Source of the DNA: a bacterium | GTDB taxonomy: Bacteria; SM23-31 | Assembly (NCBI GenBank): GCA_965249485.1 | Contig: OZ252239.1 | Span: 1,632,001-1,696,000, forward strand | Direction of reading: 5' to 3' | Length of the DNA stretch: 64,000 nt | The notes under the pieces: generated by a model | What the model was told of the DNA's origin: nothing | The model's input: only the letters and a program-made list of their open reading frames with translations | Databases searched by the model: none | Position numbers and translations under genes: made by a program | Shown here: piece after piece, positions 12,051 through 23,560 of the stretch | Layout: each line of letters starts with the position of its first letter | Position numbering within the stretch: position 1 is the first letter of the stretch

Positions 12051-12066
12051 TGCAAAGACAATACCA
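12051..12066 (-). promoter_or_regulatory. Putative sigma54 (-24/-12) promoter of the signalling cluster
   Basis: Minus strand TGGTATTGTCTTTGCA = GG-N10-GC, about 190 bp upstream of the HDOD gene. Confidence 0.6.
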
Positions 12067-12852
12067 GAAATATTTCTTTCCTCATACCGGAAAAAAATCA
12101 TGAGAAATTAATTATTTCTGAATTTTATGAATATTCGTGTATTGTATAACAGAAGCATTTTACTTCCTGCTCAGCTCTTCATCAAAACATTTAAGAAGCT
12201 TGGATCATTTCACCTCTTTTGAAGGAGATCGGAACAAGTAGGACAGCATAGATTGGAATAAAATGATACGTTGAGTTTTCAAACGTATTGATTTGCCTCA
12301 TTCTGAGAGGGAGCAATCCAGATAACTATCCATCAACATATAGATTGACAACGATCTAAACATTATTTGACCGCAAAGAGGGTTCTCAATGAATTGCAGA
12401 GAGGATTGATGAATCAAAAGGTTTGGCAAAACCGAAACTCGATTTGATAGTAATAAAGGAGTTGTTTCATTCTGTGGGTCAAGTCAAAATTACTTCCATA
12501 AAAAAAGTTTTGAGTAATTATCCATGTGGCTGCGGGGAAGTTGTTTAGTTGAAAAATGTTGAATTTTTCTTTCAAACAATACTTTCTAAGTAACGCTGCT
12601 TATCCGAATACGTAAACCAAATCAAGATTGACTCTTAAATAAATTGCTTAATCTCGCCAAAATAAATTGAATCGATACATGGTATGTCATCGAGAACAAG
12701 TCGGCATTTGGAGTTATTGAGTAAAGTATGTATTGTGTATATACAAACGATATTTACTCGTCGGGCTATACGAATTGCGAACCTTTGGATTTGTTATCAG
12801 TCAACAGCAATTAATGATTCCAAAACGTGAGTCATGATGTAAACCAAAAAAT

Positions 12853-14181
12853 TTAACGAATGATTATAATTTCTTTGTTTACCGGATACAGGAATTCGAT
12901 TCCCTTTTCAGTAATGATAGCATTGTCTTCGAAGTTAATACTCATCCTTCTTTCCAGTTCCGGTACCCAGGTATTAACAACAAATTCAAAGGAAAAGAGA
13001 TTGTTAGGTTGAATTTTATGATGATCGCGACCTGCACGGTAGGCAGCTATAGATATACCTTCGTTTATTTCACTGTTTCCTGTGTTGCCCATCGCATGAC
13101 AGTCGATCGTGAATCCAGACTGTTCGGAATCTCCCAACTTATTCGCGTTAATTCTGTAAAGTCCTTTATCGTCGGAAAGATTGTGAATATAGCCTTCTGC
13201 TTCAAGAGCACGAATCATAACCTGGAGAGCTTCACCGGAGGTCATACCAATCTTTAAGGTCGGTCTGAGAATTTCACGTGCCCTCTGCCCGCGTTCCCAC
13301 GCGTGTTTAATCCCTTCGGGAACATCTGTTTCTCCTTCGCGAAGAATATAGGCATTCCGTTTGTAATCGGTACCGAAATTCAAATATCTTATTTTTAAAT
13401 CCCATGACGTAAATTGTCCCCGTTCATAAACTCCTCCTCTGCTGTCCGGTGCGACCGGTCCGTATGGTGATCTGTCTCCCGAGTCAAGTCCGTGAAGGAG
13501 CAATTGGTCCTGAACCCACCAGCCAAGTTCTTCGCTCGTGGTAACACCGGGAACGATCCTATGGTAGGTCTCCTCCATAAGCTGTCTCTGTATCTCGCAC
13601 ATTTTTGCAAAGGCTTCGATTTCGCTTTGAACTCTTCTTACACGGAAAAGGGTGATGACATCCTCTGCCGAAACCAGCCGCTGTGCATATTTTTCACCAA
13701 TGTGTCTTATTAATCGTTTGTATGCGCTATAGGACATTCCATCAGCGGAGGGAATCCGGTCGGACATATTGACTGCTATGCGTTTCGGGTCTCTCTCTGC
13801 GACGAATTTCGTAATATCATTTTCTTTCCCGAAAATATCATATAAATCCCGGTCAGCGCGACCTCCCAGAACTGCTCGCTCGATACGTTCGCCACCCCGA
13901 TCTGTAAAAATAAAAAATCCCAGAGTGTCCTCCACACTATAGGAAGCATTTCCACCTAGATCCATTTCAAGCGCATCGGGATTGCCTTTCTGCATTACAT
14001 GGATCCACATGTCGACGTCACTATCTCTCATGGCTCCTGGCAGGACGAGATCGAACTTCTCCTGCCGGATTAGCTTCATCGTCTCGTAGCGCGCACGTGC
14101 CTCTTGTGCAATTGCATTAAGCCCTTGCAGCATAAGGATTGCCAATAAAACCAATGTCCAAAAAATCTGTTTCGTTCTCAT
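12853..14181 (-). CDS. Secreted M24 peptidase, paralog 3
   Basis: Signal peptide ending AIA-Q; SWD..TDYKRNAY, DCHAMG, FSFEF, NFEDN. Confidence 0.82.
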   Translation of the reverse strand: MRTKQIFWTLVLLAILMLQGLNAIAQEARARYETMKLIRQEKFDLVLPGAMRDSDVDMWIHVMQKGNPDALEMDLGGNASYSVEDTLGFFIFTDRGGERIERAVLGGRADRDLYDIFGKENDITKFVAERDPKRIAVNMSDRIPSADGMSYSAYKRLIRHIGEKYAQRLVSAEDVITLFRVRRVQSEIEAFAKMCEIQRQLMEETYHRIVPGVTTSEELGWWVQDQLLLHGLDSGDRSPYGPVAPDSRGGVYERGQFTSWDLKIRYLNFGTDYKRNAYILREGETDVPEGIKHAWERGQRAREILRPTLKIGMTSGEALQVMIRALEAEGYIHNLSDDKGLYRINANKLGDSEQSGFTIDCHAMGNTGNSEINEGISIAAYRAGRDHHKIQPNNLFSFEFVVNTWVPELERRMSINFEDNAIITEKGIEFLYPVNKEIIIIR

Positions 14182-14273
14182 TTATTATCTCCCATATTTG
14201 TATATGTTCATATTTCTGAATGTTAATAACATTTATTGTAACAACATTCAACCGTAAAAACGTGCAAAAGATA

Positions 14274-15683
14274 CTAACGAACCAATATTATTTTTTCGTT
14301 ATATGGATACAGATACTCGACTCCATTGTTTGTGACAATTGCGTTATCTTCAAAATTTATACTAATTCGCTTATTCCATTCCGGGACCCATGTGTTAATT
14401 ACGAATTCTAAGGAAAAGATAAAATTTGGCTGGATCATGAAATGGTGGCGATCCGGTCGATATGAGGAAATATACGGGCCTGCTCCATCATCACTCACGC
14501 TGGTGTCGCCGGCAGGGTGGAGGCCGAGGGAGAATCCGGATCTCTCGTCGTCGCCGAGAGCATTCATCGAGTCTCTGTATTGTGAAGTTCTATCATCAGA
14601 AGGAGTTGAAATATAACCTCCTGCTTCAAGAGCGCGAACAATATTATTTATTGATTCTCCCGTACTATTGCCAACCTTGAGAGTTTTCTTAATAATTTCA
14701 CGTCCCTTCATCCCGCGCTCCCATGCGAGTTTCAACCCATCCGGAATGTCAGTCTCATCCTCTTTGAGAATATAAGCATTTCTTTTAATGTCGGTACCAA
14801 AGTTCAAGTATCCTATTCCCATGTCCCATGACAAGAAATCCCCACGCTGAAAGGCCCTGTTTGCTGACCGGCTTGGTGATTCGGAATGGGATACTCCCGG
14901 CATATACGGAAGAAACAAGGTCGCCGATTGATATGTTGGAGGAATTCCCTGTGCCAGCAGCTGATCCTGTGCCCACCAGCCGACATCATCACGCGTCGTT
15001 ATGCCCGGCTTGATATTCTGCAACGCCTCTTCCATTATCTGTCTTTGAATTTCAACGGCATTTGCGAATGCAACAATCTCCCTTTGGATTCTTCTCACAC
15101 GAAAATCGGTAATGACATTCTCTGCAGAAATGAGTCTGTCGGTATATTTTTCACCCAATACCTCAGTTAACCTCAAATATTCTGTATGAGAAAGACCATT
15201 AGCTATGGTAAGTGAATTCGACATGTTGACTGCAATCACTTTGGGATCGCGTTCCTTCACAATTTTCAGCAGGTCTTCTCCCGAGCCGCGAATATCGTAG
15301 AGACCTTCCCGTTCAGAGCCACCCAAAATTATCCTCTCGATCCTGTCACCACCCCGGTCAGTAAAAATGTAGTAACCGACCGGTTCCCATAATCTATATT
15401 CAAACCATCCCCCTAAATCCAAAGCGAGAGGATCTCTGTTTCCACTCTCCACAACGTGAATCCACATGTCAACATTATTATCCCGCAGCGCACCGGGCAG
15501 AATCAGATCAAATTTCTCATGCCGTATTAGTCTCATAATCTCATAATTTTGCTTTGATTTCTGAGCGTATGCATCAATCCCGGACACAAGAACAATAAAA
15601 GTGACAAAAACGGTCAATATTCCTTTTATACGCATGACATAATCTCCTTTGAATAATATACATTTATGGAACAAATTGGACAC
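14274..15683 (-). CDS. Secreted M24 peptidase, paralog 4
   Basis: Signal peptide MRIKGIL..AYA-Q (probable start); SWDMG..TDIKRNAY, GLHPAG, SLEF, NFEDN. Confidence 0.82.
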   Translation of the reverse strand: MSNLFHKCILFKGDYVMRIKGILTVFVTFIVLVSGIDAYAQKSKQNYEIMRLIRHEKFDLILPGALRDNNVDMWIHVVESGNRDPLALDLGGWFEYRLWEPVGYYIFTDRGGDRIERIILGGSEREGLYDIRGSGEDLLKIVKERDPKVIAVNMSNSLTIANGLSHTEYLRLTEVLGEKYTDRLISAENVITDFRVRRIQREIVAFANAVEIQRQIMEEALQNIKPGITTRDDVGWWAQDQLLAQGIPPTYQSATLFLPYMPGVSHSESPSRSANRAFQRGDFLSWDMGIGYLNFGTDIKRNAYILKEDETDIPDGLKLAWERGMKGREIIKKTLKVGNSTGESINNIVRALEAGGYISTPSDDRTSQYRDSMNALGDDERSGFSLGLHPAGDTSVSDDGAGPYISSYRPDRHHFMIQPNFIFSLEFVINTWVPEWNKRISINFEDNAIVTNNGVEYLYPYNEKIILVR

Positions 15684-15811
15684 TTTGATTTAAATGGCAA
15701 GGTGAATACCTTAATGAAATGGTATTTGGCTTTTACTCTTTGAGTGGATTCATGTGAATCAGAGAGAACTGAAATACCGATAAATAGTACGGACAACTGT
15801 TTCCAGAGAAT

Positions 15812-16720
15812 TTACTTTGCAACCGGGGACCAGGACGAGGCCCTGTTTCCTCCCTCACTATGCGTGAGCCGTGTCTGTCCGGTTCCGTCGGCATTCATGC
15901 GGTAGAGTTCTTCCTGCTCACCGCCATCTCTGTATGAATAAAAAGCGATCCTCAATCCGTCTTTCGACCAGGAAGCATATGCATCTTTTTCAGGATTTGT
16001 TGTTAATCTGACAAGATTTGATCCGTCAACATTTATTGTATAAATGTCACCAAGATCGTTTATGTTGGAGTTGAATACAATGTGTGATCCATCAGGGGAC
16101 CAGTGTGGATTTTCCTCATCGCCGGACATCTCGGTCAGCCTTCTCTGATTTGAGCCATCAGCATTCATAATGTAAAGGTCGTAATCGTCGTTTCTGTTTG
16201 ATTGATATACAATTTTTGTGCCGTCTAAAGACCACCGGGCAGATTCATCATCTCCTGAGTTCTGTGACAGATTTCTCCTGTTTATTCCATCTCTATCTAT
16301 TGCATAAATTTCTGAATTTCCATCTCTGTTCGTATAGTAAAGGACCGTTGATCCATCTGGTGATAAATCCGGAGTAGTGTCGTTAGAGGGATCATGCGTG
16401 ACTCGCATCTGATCAGATCCGTCTGCATTCATGATGTAAATTTCAGAATTTCCATCTCTATTAGAATGAAACGCAATCTCTGTTCCATCCGGTGACCAGG
16501 TAGGGTACCCATCGTTCACATCATTATGCGTCAGCTGTATCACAATTGAACCGTCTGCATTCATGACATAAATTTCGGAATCGCCATCTCTTCCGGAATT
16601 AAAAGTGATCCTTTGCTGTGTAAGTTGTTCCATATTAGTTTGCGGGTTGTTCCCACATGAACTTATAATAAATATGGCTGCAAGAAGGAGAAAAACTCCC
16701 TTGATGGTTTGTAGAATCAT
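15812..16720 (-). CDS. TolB-like PD40 beta-propeller lipoprotein
   Basis: Lipobox ISSC; repeated P.WSPDG..I.F.SNRDGNSEIY.MNADG units. Confidence 0.88.
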   Translation of the reverse strand: MILQTIKGVFLLLAAIFIISSCGNNPQTNMEQLTQQRITFNSGRDGDSEIYVMNADGSIVIQLTHNDVNDGYPTWSPDGTEIAFHSNRDGNSEIYIMNADGSDQMRVTHDPSNDTTPDLSPDGSTVLYYTNRDGNSEIYAIDRDGINRRNLSQNSGDDESARWSLDGTKIVYQSNRNDDYDLYIMNADGSNQRRLTEMSGDEENPHWSPDGSHIVFNSNINDLGDIYTINVDGSNLVRLTTNPEKDAYASWSKDGLRIAFYSYRDGGEQEELYRMNADGTGQTRLTHSEGGNRASSWSPVAK

Positions 16721-16941
16721 AATTCACTTTACCTTTACATGTTAATGGTGAATAGTGCTAACAAGTGCATTCTAAAATTTCCCATTTATGTGTCGCCAGA
16801 ACATATCGGATTTTTTGTGTTAAATAGTATGATATGTACTTTGCATTTTCAAGTGATTATTGATTCACCTCCTTCTTCAGGTTAAATTGACACAGTAATT
16901 CAATGTTTATTGTTCTATCTCTCTTTTGTACCAAATAACTC

Positions 16942-18477
16942 TTACCAGAAGACAATATAAAGTATTATTGTAGCTGTTATCACTGCTAAACCCAGCCATA
17001 AAACCGAAGGAGCCGGCTTCATATCAAATCCTTCTCTTGTAGGTATAACTTTTGGCTGGGGAAGTGGTATGATCTTCGTGATGATGGCCATTGCTACAAT
17101 CAATATTCCAAATGTAATAGCCATTCTATTCAAAAATGCTATGTTCCCGAAATTAATCAAAAGTAGGCCATAAATGGGAACATTAAGCAGCAATGCAGTA
17201 ACTCCGGCCGAAGCGGGTGTGTATTTAAAAATCAAACCAAATACAAAGGCCGCGAGTATTCCAGGGGAAATAAATCCCTGAAACTCCTGGATATAATTGA
17301 AGATTCCTTTGAACCGTTCCGCGCCCAGCTGCGGGGCTAACAGACAGCCAATTACGACGAATAATACTGTCATAATACGACCGATTGTTACCAGAGAATG
17401 GGCGGATACATCTTTTTTCCAGTGTCGTTTATATAAATCCATAGTAAAGATAGTTGATGCTGAGTTAAGCATCGATGCGAGTGAACTTATTACAGCTCCG
17501 GTTAAGGCTGCAAATATAAATCCTTTAAAACCGGAGGGTATAAGATTTTTGATAAGTAACGGGTATGCGGCATCGCTGGTAAAAGCGAGTTGGTCTTTAT
17601 AAAGCTGTGCAGCCATTATCCCGGGAAAGATAATGATGAACGGAATGAATAGTTTGATACATGCGGCAAATATAATTCCTAATTGGCCTTGTCTAAGAGA
17701 TTTTGCTGCGAGCGGTCTTTGTGTAATATATTGATTCAGACCCCAGTAGTAGAAGTTGGGGATCCAGAGACCAATGACTAGAGCGGTCCAGGGTAGAACA
17801 GAATGATCACGGGGAAGAATAACATGGAGTTTTTCGGCATTGGTTTCAAAAAAAGTACCAACTCCGCCTACCGCAATAAAGCCGAGGGTCATTGTTATTG
17901 CTCCACCGATAATAAGAGCCGAACCTTGAAAAAGGTCAGCCCAGGCAACGGCTTTTAATCCCCCCCACGTGGTATAGAGAGCAGCGGTACCTCCGATGAG
18001 CCATACCGCATGAATCATCTTCATTTCGAATATGGTATGCAGTGTCAGAGCTCCAGAATAAACAACAGCTGCAATAGTGACAAAAATGTATATAACTACT
18101 GTGTAGAATGCCATAATTGCCCGTGCTGTCGCATTGTAGCGATATTCAAGGTATTCCGGAATTGTATAAATACCGCTTTTGAGGAACTTAGGAAGGAAAA
18201 AAAGCGCCACGAATACTAACGTGATCGCTGCCATCCATTCATAACTTGCGACAGCCATGCCGGCTACACCGGCGCCCTGTCCAGCCATTCCTACAAAGTG
18301 CTCGGTGGAAATATTGGCAGCTATAAGGGATAGGCCGATTAATGGCCAATGCAGTCCACGACCTGCCAGAAAAAAGTCTTCACCGGTTTCCTCTTTACGG
18401 CTTTTGTACAAGCTGGTTCCAACAGCAACTACAAAAAATGTTATAAACAGTCCGATGTCAAGCCAGTTTAACTCCAT
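16942..18477 (-). CDS. Sodium:solute symporter (SSS/SGLT-like, probably galactose)
   Basis: Multiple TM helices; FFLAGR, SLIAANISTEHFVG, YYWGLNQYITQR, SSLASMLNS; lies downstream of galK. Confidence 0.92.
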   Translation of the reverse strand: MELNWLDIGLFITFFVVAVGTSLYKSRKEETGEDFFLAGRGLHWPLIGLSLIAANISTEHFVGMAGQGAGVAGMAVASYEWMAAITLVFVALFFLPKFLKSGIYTIPEYLEYRYNATARAIMAFYTVVIYIFVTIAAVVYSGALTLHTIFEMKMIHAVWLIGGTAALYTTWGGLKAVAWADLFQGSALIIGGAITMTLGFIAVGGVGTFFETNAEKLHVILPRDHSVLPWTALVIGLWIPNFYYWGLNQYITQRPLAAKSLRQGQLGIIFAACIKLFIPFIIIFPGIMAAQLYKDQLAFTSDAAYPLLIKNLIPSGFKGFIFAALTGAVISSLASMLNSASTIFTMDLYKRHWKKDVSAHSLVTIGRIMTVLFVVIGCLLAPQLGAERFKGIFNYIQEFQGFISPGILAAFVFGLIFKYTPASAGVTALLLNVPIYGLLLINFGNIAFLNRMAITFGILIVAMAIITKIIPLPQPKVIPTREGFDMKPAPSVLWLGLAVITATIILYIVFW

Positions 18478-18768
18478 AATATGTTATCCATATTGTACAT
18501 TTTCATGATTTTTACTCTCAGGTATAATTATCATTCATTTTTGCGTCCAGTCATTTGTTCCCTTGAGTACTGTGGTTTCATCTCCTGGTCCGGAGAATAA
18601 ATGTGAAATACAATACCTATCACCACCGCCGCACCAAACACACATACCAATACTATTCCAATTTTCGTAGGTATATACATTATTCACACTGTTTCTTTGA
18701 TTACTATAACATTTATCTTACCTGTGGACATTAACAATAATCATTTATATTCACATTTTATTGAATAA

Positions 18769-19962
18769 TCAGTTAAATTCTCGTCGATTAAAACATTTGG
18801 CACCGTCGGAAATTTTAATGGACCATATATCGGCGCTTTCACCCTCCGAAAGACTTTTTGGATGATATTTTTTTTGAATTGCCTGCTCAACGGTCTTGAT
18901 AGAGTCATTCCTTACAAGAGTTATAACACAGCCCCCGAATCCTGCGCCGGTTAATCGAGCACCGGATACACCATCAATTTCTGAAAGAATATCAACCAGC
19001 ATATCAAGTTCCTTGCAGGATACCTCGAAATCATCACGCAGACTCGCATGAGACGCATAAAGATTTTTACCAACGACATCAATGTTACCTGATTCTAACG
19101 CTTTTACTGTATTTAAAACGCGGTTGTTTTCGGTTACCACATGTTTGACTCTTCGAAAAAAATTATTGCTACATGAGCTTTCAAAAGTGTGCAGATCATC
19201 AACAGTAATATCACGCAAACCCTTAATATTTTTATTAGGTAATGCGGTTTGGGCGGACATCATCCCTTTAACACATTCTGTACGTCTATTGTTATATTCC
19301 GAATCTACCAGTCCTCGCCTTTTCTTAGAGTCAATAACAAGCCATGCATAACCAGGTGTATTGATTTTAATAGCATTTGTAGAAAGGTCTGTGCAGTCGA
19401 TGAGAATTGCATGATCTTTTTTCCCCGTCCTGGCAATATATTGATCCATGATACCGCAATTCACACCGACAAAGTTGTTTTCTGCTCTTTGACAGAGAAG
19501 AGCAGCTTCTTTATTATCTAATTTAAATCCGAAAATATCTTCCATCGCAGTGAGAACAGCCATTTCAAGAGCTGCAGATGAAGAAAGACCCGAACCGATT
19601 GGAACGTTTCCTCCTACTGTAAAATAGAATCCCTCAATCGGTATGTCTTTCCGCTCTAATTCAGCTAACACGCCCATAACATACCGAAACCACCCACATG
19701 GATGTTTTGAGTCGTATTCACCAACATTACATGACACCTCTTCACTGAAATTCGTTGAGAAGCCGGAAATTGAATTTCCCGGTATTTTCTTTGCGGCGAA
19801 GATCACTTCTTTATCAATTGCAGCGGGTAAAACAAAGCCGCCTGTGTAATCGGTGTGTTCGCCAATAAGATTTACTCTTCCAGGTGCAATGCCGATGCCG
19901 TCAGGATCAGAAGACCATGTTGTTCTGAATTTATTAATCTCGGTAGTAATTTGTTTGTTCAT
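18769..19962 (-). CDS. galK: Galactokinase
   Basis: APGRVNLIGEHTDY, PIGSGLSSSAA, CGIMDQ, GARLTGAGFGG. Confidence 0.96.
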   Translation of the reverse strand: MNKQITTEINKFRTTWSSDPDGIGIAPGRVNLIGEHTDYTGGFVLPAAIDKEVIFAAKKIPGNSISGFSTNFSEEVSCNVGEYDSKHPCGWFRYVMGVLAELERKDIPIEGFYFTVGGNVPIGSGLSSSAALEMAVLTAMEDIFGFKLDNKEAALLCQRAENNFVGVNCGIMDQYIARTGKKDHAILIDCTDLSTNAIKINTPGYAWLVIDSKKRRGLVDSEYNNRRTECVKGMMSAQTALPNKNIKGLRDITVDDLHTFESSCSNNFFRRVKHVVTENNRVLNTVKALESGNIDVVGKNLYASHASLRDDFEVSCKELDMLVDILSEIDGVSGARLTGAGFGGCVITLVRNDSIKTVEQAIQKKYHPKSLSEGESADIWSIKISDGAKCFNRREFN

Positions 19963-19982
19963 CGTTTCATACGGAGTAAAAA

Positions 19983-21020
19983 TTACGAATGCTTTGTATA
20001 ATGGATCGTGGGCAAGGATCTCAGTTTTACGGCGGATTCACACGGGAGAGAGGGGTTAACTATATTCCCCCCACCGGTTTCAAAGCCTGCCATGTATTTT
20101 AGTTTGTCATGGGCTCGGAGAGGAGGACAAAACTCGATGTGAAAATGATAAGGTGCGGGATCCATTGATTTGGAACAGGGTGCATTCTGGAAAATCGTGA
20201 TATTGGGAAACGGCAATTGAAACAGATTATCATAGCGTACCAGGATCTCCTGATAAAGAGACGCCAGTGATATCAATACTTCTTCGTCCAAATCAGTGAT
20301 ATATGCATAGTGGTGTCGAGGCATAATGAGTACTTCATATGTATAACGGGCAAAATAGGGTACAAATGCAACAAAATGTTGATTTTGACTCACAATATGT
20401 TGACCGTCACGGAGTGCCTCTTCTAAAATGCCGCATAGGAGACAGGTTCCGTTCTTCTCCATAAATGCTTGAGCGTTATTATATCGAGTTAAAGGAATCC
20501 TGGGTATGAAATCTGTGGCGTAAATCTGTCCATGCGGATGAGGATTTGAAACACCGATTATTTCACCCTTATTTTCAAACATCAGGACATTCTCTATTTC
20601 TTTTAAAGAAGAAAGTTCCTTGAACTGGTCGTGTAATGAATATACCACATTCACAATCTGCTCTTCACCCATTTCTGCAAGTGTAATATTGTGATTCGGA
20701 CTGAAACATACGACACGACAAATACCCTGGGCGGGATTATCCCGTGGGTAAATTTTGTTGTGTTCATTCAGTGTAGTATCCTTTGAGAACGAAGGAAAAT
20801 CATTCTCAAAAACATATGTTTCTTTATAATCAGGGGTTACTTTCTTACTTACGCGTTTGACGCCTGGACAAAGGTAACAAGTCGGATCAAATTCGGGAAG
20901 AATGTGTTCCGATTGTTTTACAACGGTTCCGTCCCACGGCCTCTCACCAGTGACGGGAGCGATGATTACCCATTCTCCCAGCAGTGGGTTCCAGCGTTTA
21001 ATCGAATTTTTTTTCAACAT
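19983..21020 (-). CDS. galT: Galactose-1-phosphate uridylyltransferase
   Basis: RWNPLLGEW, CYLCPG, FENKG..SNPHPHGQ. Confidence 0.95.
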   Translation of the reverse strand: MLKKNSIKRWNPLLGEWVIIAPVTGERPWDGTVVKQSEHILPEFDPTCYLCPGVKRVSKKVTPDYKETYVFENDFPSFSKDTTLNEHNKIYPRDNPAQGICRVVCFSPNHNITLAEMGEEQIVNVVYSLHDQFKELSSLKEIENVLMFENKGEIIGVSNPHPHGQIYATDFIPRIPLTRYNNAQAFMEKNGTCLLCGILEEALRDGQHIVSQNQHFVAFVPYFARYTYEVLIMPRHHYAYITDLDEEVLISLASLYQEILVRYDNLFQLPFPNITIFQNAPCSKSMDPAPYHFHIEFCPPLRAHDKLKYMAGFETGGGNIVNPSLPCESAVKLRSLPTIHYTKHS

Positions 21021-21095
21021 TAGCTATAAATTATGTTAGGCAGTCGATGAAATCAACACTTTTAGAGTAAGGTCTCTCTCCGTATATCCACTGTT

Positions 21096-22277
21096 CTATT
21101 TCGCAGTGAATTTATAAATTGTAGTCGTAGCATATTTCTCATCCGGATTGAGGACTGTCGAGGGGAAGTTGGGCTTATTTGGGGAATCGGGGAAATGCTG
21201 TGTTTCAAGGCAGAACCCGTACCGATGCTCATAAACGTTACCACCTTTCCCGGTGTTAGTGCCGTCCAGGAAATTTCCTGAATAAAACTGTAGACCGGGT
21301 TCGGTGGTGTGAACTTCCAGAATACGTCCGGTTGTTGGCTCATATACGCTGCCAGCCAACGTCAGTGACCCATCACCACTGTTCAACACCCAATTATGAT
21401 CATACCCGCCACCGAACCGTAACTGTTCAGTATCCTGTTCAATCCGTGCCCCTATGGCAGTCGGTTGGGTAAAGTCCATGGGAGTGCCGGTGACGCTCCT
21501 GAGTTCTCCTATCGGTATCAGACCTTCATCGACAGGCGTGAACCAGTCTGCATTAATCATTAATTCATGCTCCAGAATATCTCCCGAACCTGCGAGATTG
21601 AAATAGGAGTGGTTTGTCAGGTTAACTACTGTTACTTTGTCTGTCGTGGCAGTATAATCTATCTTGAGCTCATTATTATTGGTGAGAATATAGACAACGG
21701 TTACAGACAGATTGCCGGGGTATCCTTCTTCGCCATCTTTACTCAGGTAAGTGAGCTTTATCCCTACACCATCGTTATCCTTGAATGGTTCTGCTTGCCA
21801 CACGATCTTGTCAAATCCCTTGATTCCCCCGTGCAGATGATTCTCACCGTTGTTTTGTACAAGGGTATATTCAACCCCATCTAATGTAAATGTACCGTGC
21901 GCGATCCGATTTCCATACCGCCCTATTATTGCGCCAAAATAGGGGTTATTGTTTATGTATTCCTGCAGCGTGTCATATCCCAATACGACATCTTCCAGTT
22001 TCCCATTCCGATCAGGTGCCATGAAAGATACTACAATTCCCCCATAGTTCGTAATCGTTGCTTCTACACCATTGGTGTTTGTCAGAGTATAAAGATCAAC
22101 GGGGATCCCATCCGCTGTTTTTCCAAACGCTTGCTTATCAATGTTCATTGTTATACCTGTTTTTTTGCAGAATCCGAGTGATGTAACAACTATACTACCC
22201 AAAATAAACACGATCAGAGATTTATGTAAATTCAACATGCTCATACCACTATATATTTTTGCCTTGTTAAATAACAA
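21096..22277 (-). CDS. galM: Aldose 1-epimerase (galactose mutarotase), exported form
   Basis: [43 protein letters not shown]. Confidence 0.95.
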   Translation of the reverse strand: MLFNKAKIYSGMSMLNLHKSLIVFILGSIVVTSLGFCKKTGITMNIDKQAFGKTADGIPVDLYTLTNTNGVEATITNYGGIVVSFMAPDRNGKLEDVVLGYDTLQEYINNNPYFGAIIGRYGNRIAHGTFTLDGVEYTLVQNNGENHLHGGIKGFDKIVWQAEPFKDNDGVGIKLTYLSKDGEEGYPGNLSVTVVYILTNNNELKIDYTATTDKVTVVNLTNHSYFNLAGSGDILEHELMINADWFTPVDEGLIPIGELRSVTGTPMDFTQPTAIGARIEQDTEQLRFGGGYDHNWVLNSGDGSLTLAGSVYEPTTGRILEVHTTEPGLQFYSGNFLDGTNTGKGGNVYEHRYGFCLETQHFPDSPNKPNFPSTVLNPDEKYATTTIYKFTAK

Positions 22278-22297
22278 TTGTCATATTGCTTTATAAT

Positions 22298-23200
22298 TTA
22301 GTTAGAAGAACTTGCAATCCTTCTTGCCTCAAGAAGCTCTCTGTGTGTCTGGATAATTTCATTATATTCATCCCTGTTCCAAGACTTCTGCTCTGCAGAA
22401 GAAATGAAATTACGAATGATCGCTTCAAACTCAATATCTTCATCATCAAATAAGTGTGGGGGGAGTATAGAGTAGGTATTACCGCCTTCATTGGCTTCTA
22501 TCTCTATCTCTACGCCGGTTGGTGCTCCTTTTCGGTGATCAGCCCCAGCGACAATCTCAATTCCTGAAGGCAGTGTTCCGGAGAGTCTAACATAAAGAGG
22601 AAAGTCACACGATTCTTCAAAGCTTTCTGCGGATGCTGAAAAGTTGGTCATAGCTTCGCCCCGTGCACCCGCAATCCATCGTGCAAGGTCGAATGAATGA
22701 ACACCGAGAGTAAAAAATCCACCGCCGGTTGTTTTTTTCTGCAATGTCCAACCTTTATTATCATCGAGGGTCTTCATTGGTAAATTGTACAAACAGCTTA
22801 CCTTTCGGACTCCTTTGATATTTTCTCGAATATTCATTACTAATGGATTCCATCTGAGGCGGTATCCAACATGCACCGTGACCTTTTGTTTCGGGAGGAC
22901 AGACTCGAGTTCATCAAGTTCGTCTTTGGTTATACATAATGGTTTTTCGACGTAAATCGGTTTACCTGCACGAACTGTCTTGAGACAAATCGAAGCGTGT
23001 AAAAAGTTTGGCACTGCGACAGTGACAGCATCGACATGAGGGAGCATATCATCAATTGAATGAAAAACAGGGATGTCTATATCCAGTTTGATTCTTGGGT
23101 CTTCTACAATTGCGCTCACCTGTGCACCTGCTTTTTTGATCTTCGACGCATGGACCTGGGCAATCTCGCCCCAACCAACTATTCCGACACGGAGTGACAT
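22298..23200 (-). CDS. Gfo/Idh/MocA oxidoreductase
   Basis: VGIVGWG, VPNFLH, YVEKP, GGGFFTLGVHSFD. Confidence 0.88.
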   Translation of the reverse strand: MSLRVGIVGWGEIAQVHASKIKKAGAQVSAIVEDPRIKLDIDIPVFHSIDDMLPHVDAVTVAVPNFLHASICLKTVRAGKPIYVEKPLCITKDELDELESVLPKQKVTVHVGYRLRWNPLVMNIRENIKGVRKVSCLYNLPMKTLDDNKGWTLQKKTTGGGFFTLGVHSFDLARWIAGARGEAMTNFSASAESFEESCDFPLYVRLSGTLPSGIEIVAGADHRKGAPTGVEIEIEANEGGNTYSILPPHLFDDEDIEFEAIIRNFISSAEQKSWNRDEYNEIIQTHRELLEARRIASSSN

Positions 23201-23560
23201 ACAATATCCAATACTTTCTTTACTGTATTATTGTACCAGCATATAAACGTTTTATTTTATTAATTGCTAGAAAGGAGTATTCAGTTTATTAGGAATCAAA
23301 AGATTTAATACAAAAATTATATTAATGAGATTAATTGGGTTATGCAACAAAATATATTTTAAAATTTATATTCATGAAAGATTGTTTTGTACTCTTGTCC
23401 GGAATAATCAAATTCAATATTCCCCTTGATGCAAAGACACCAAGTTACGACGATACAGGCGATTCTGCTTAAAAAAATATTATAGAAATGTGGAATTTCG
23501 ATTTCTGGCGAGAATTCTTGGACGAGATGACGCGGCACCGTTATAACCTGATGACACTCT

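Noticed and set aside
12410..12450. GGCAAA..GAAA suggesting a c-di-GMP-I riboswitch
   Set aside because: No P2 stem or GCAAA receptor arrangement, and wrong strand for the cluster
2298..12780. Similar short motif CTCsTCGGGCTrTAC at about 2298 and 12757, downstream of M24 genes
   Set aside because: Too short and imperfect; no transposase or supporting structure
15812..16720. Periodic nucleotide similarity resembling an array
   Set aside because: Explained by coding PD40 propeller repeats; no CRISPR array seen anywhere in the window
18533..18720. Possible small membrane ORF between galK and the SSS gene
   Set aside because: Protein-like pieces lie in different frames; a gene cannot be defined
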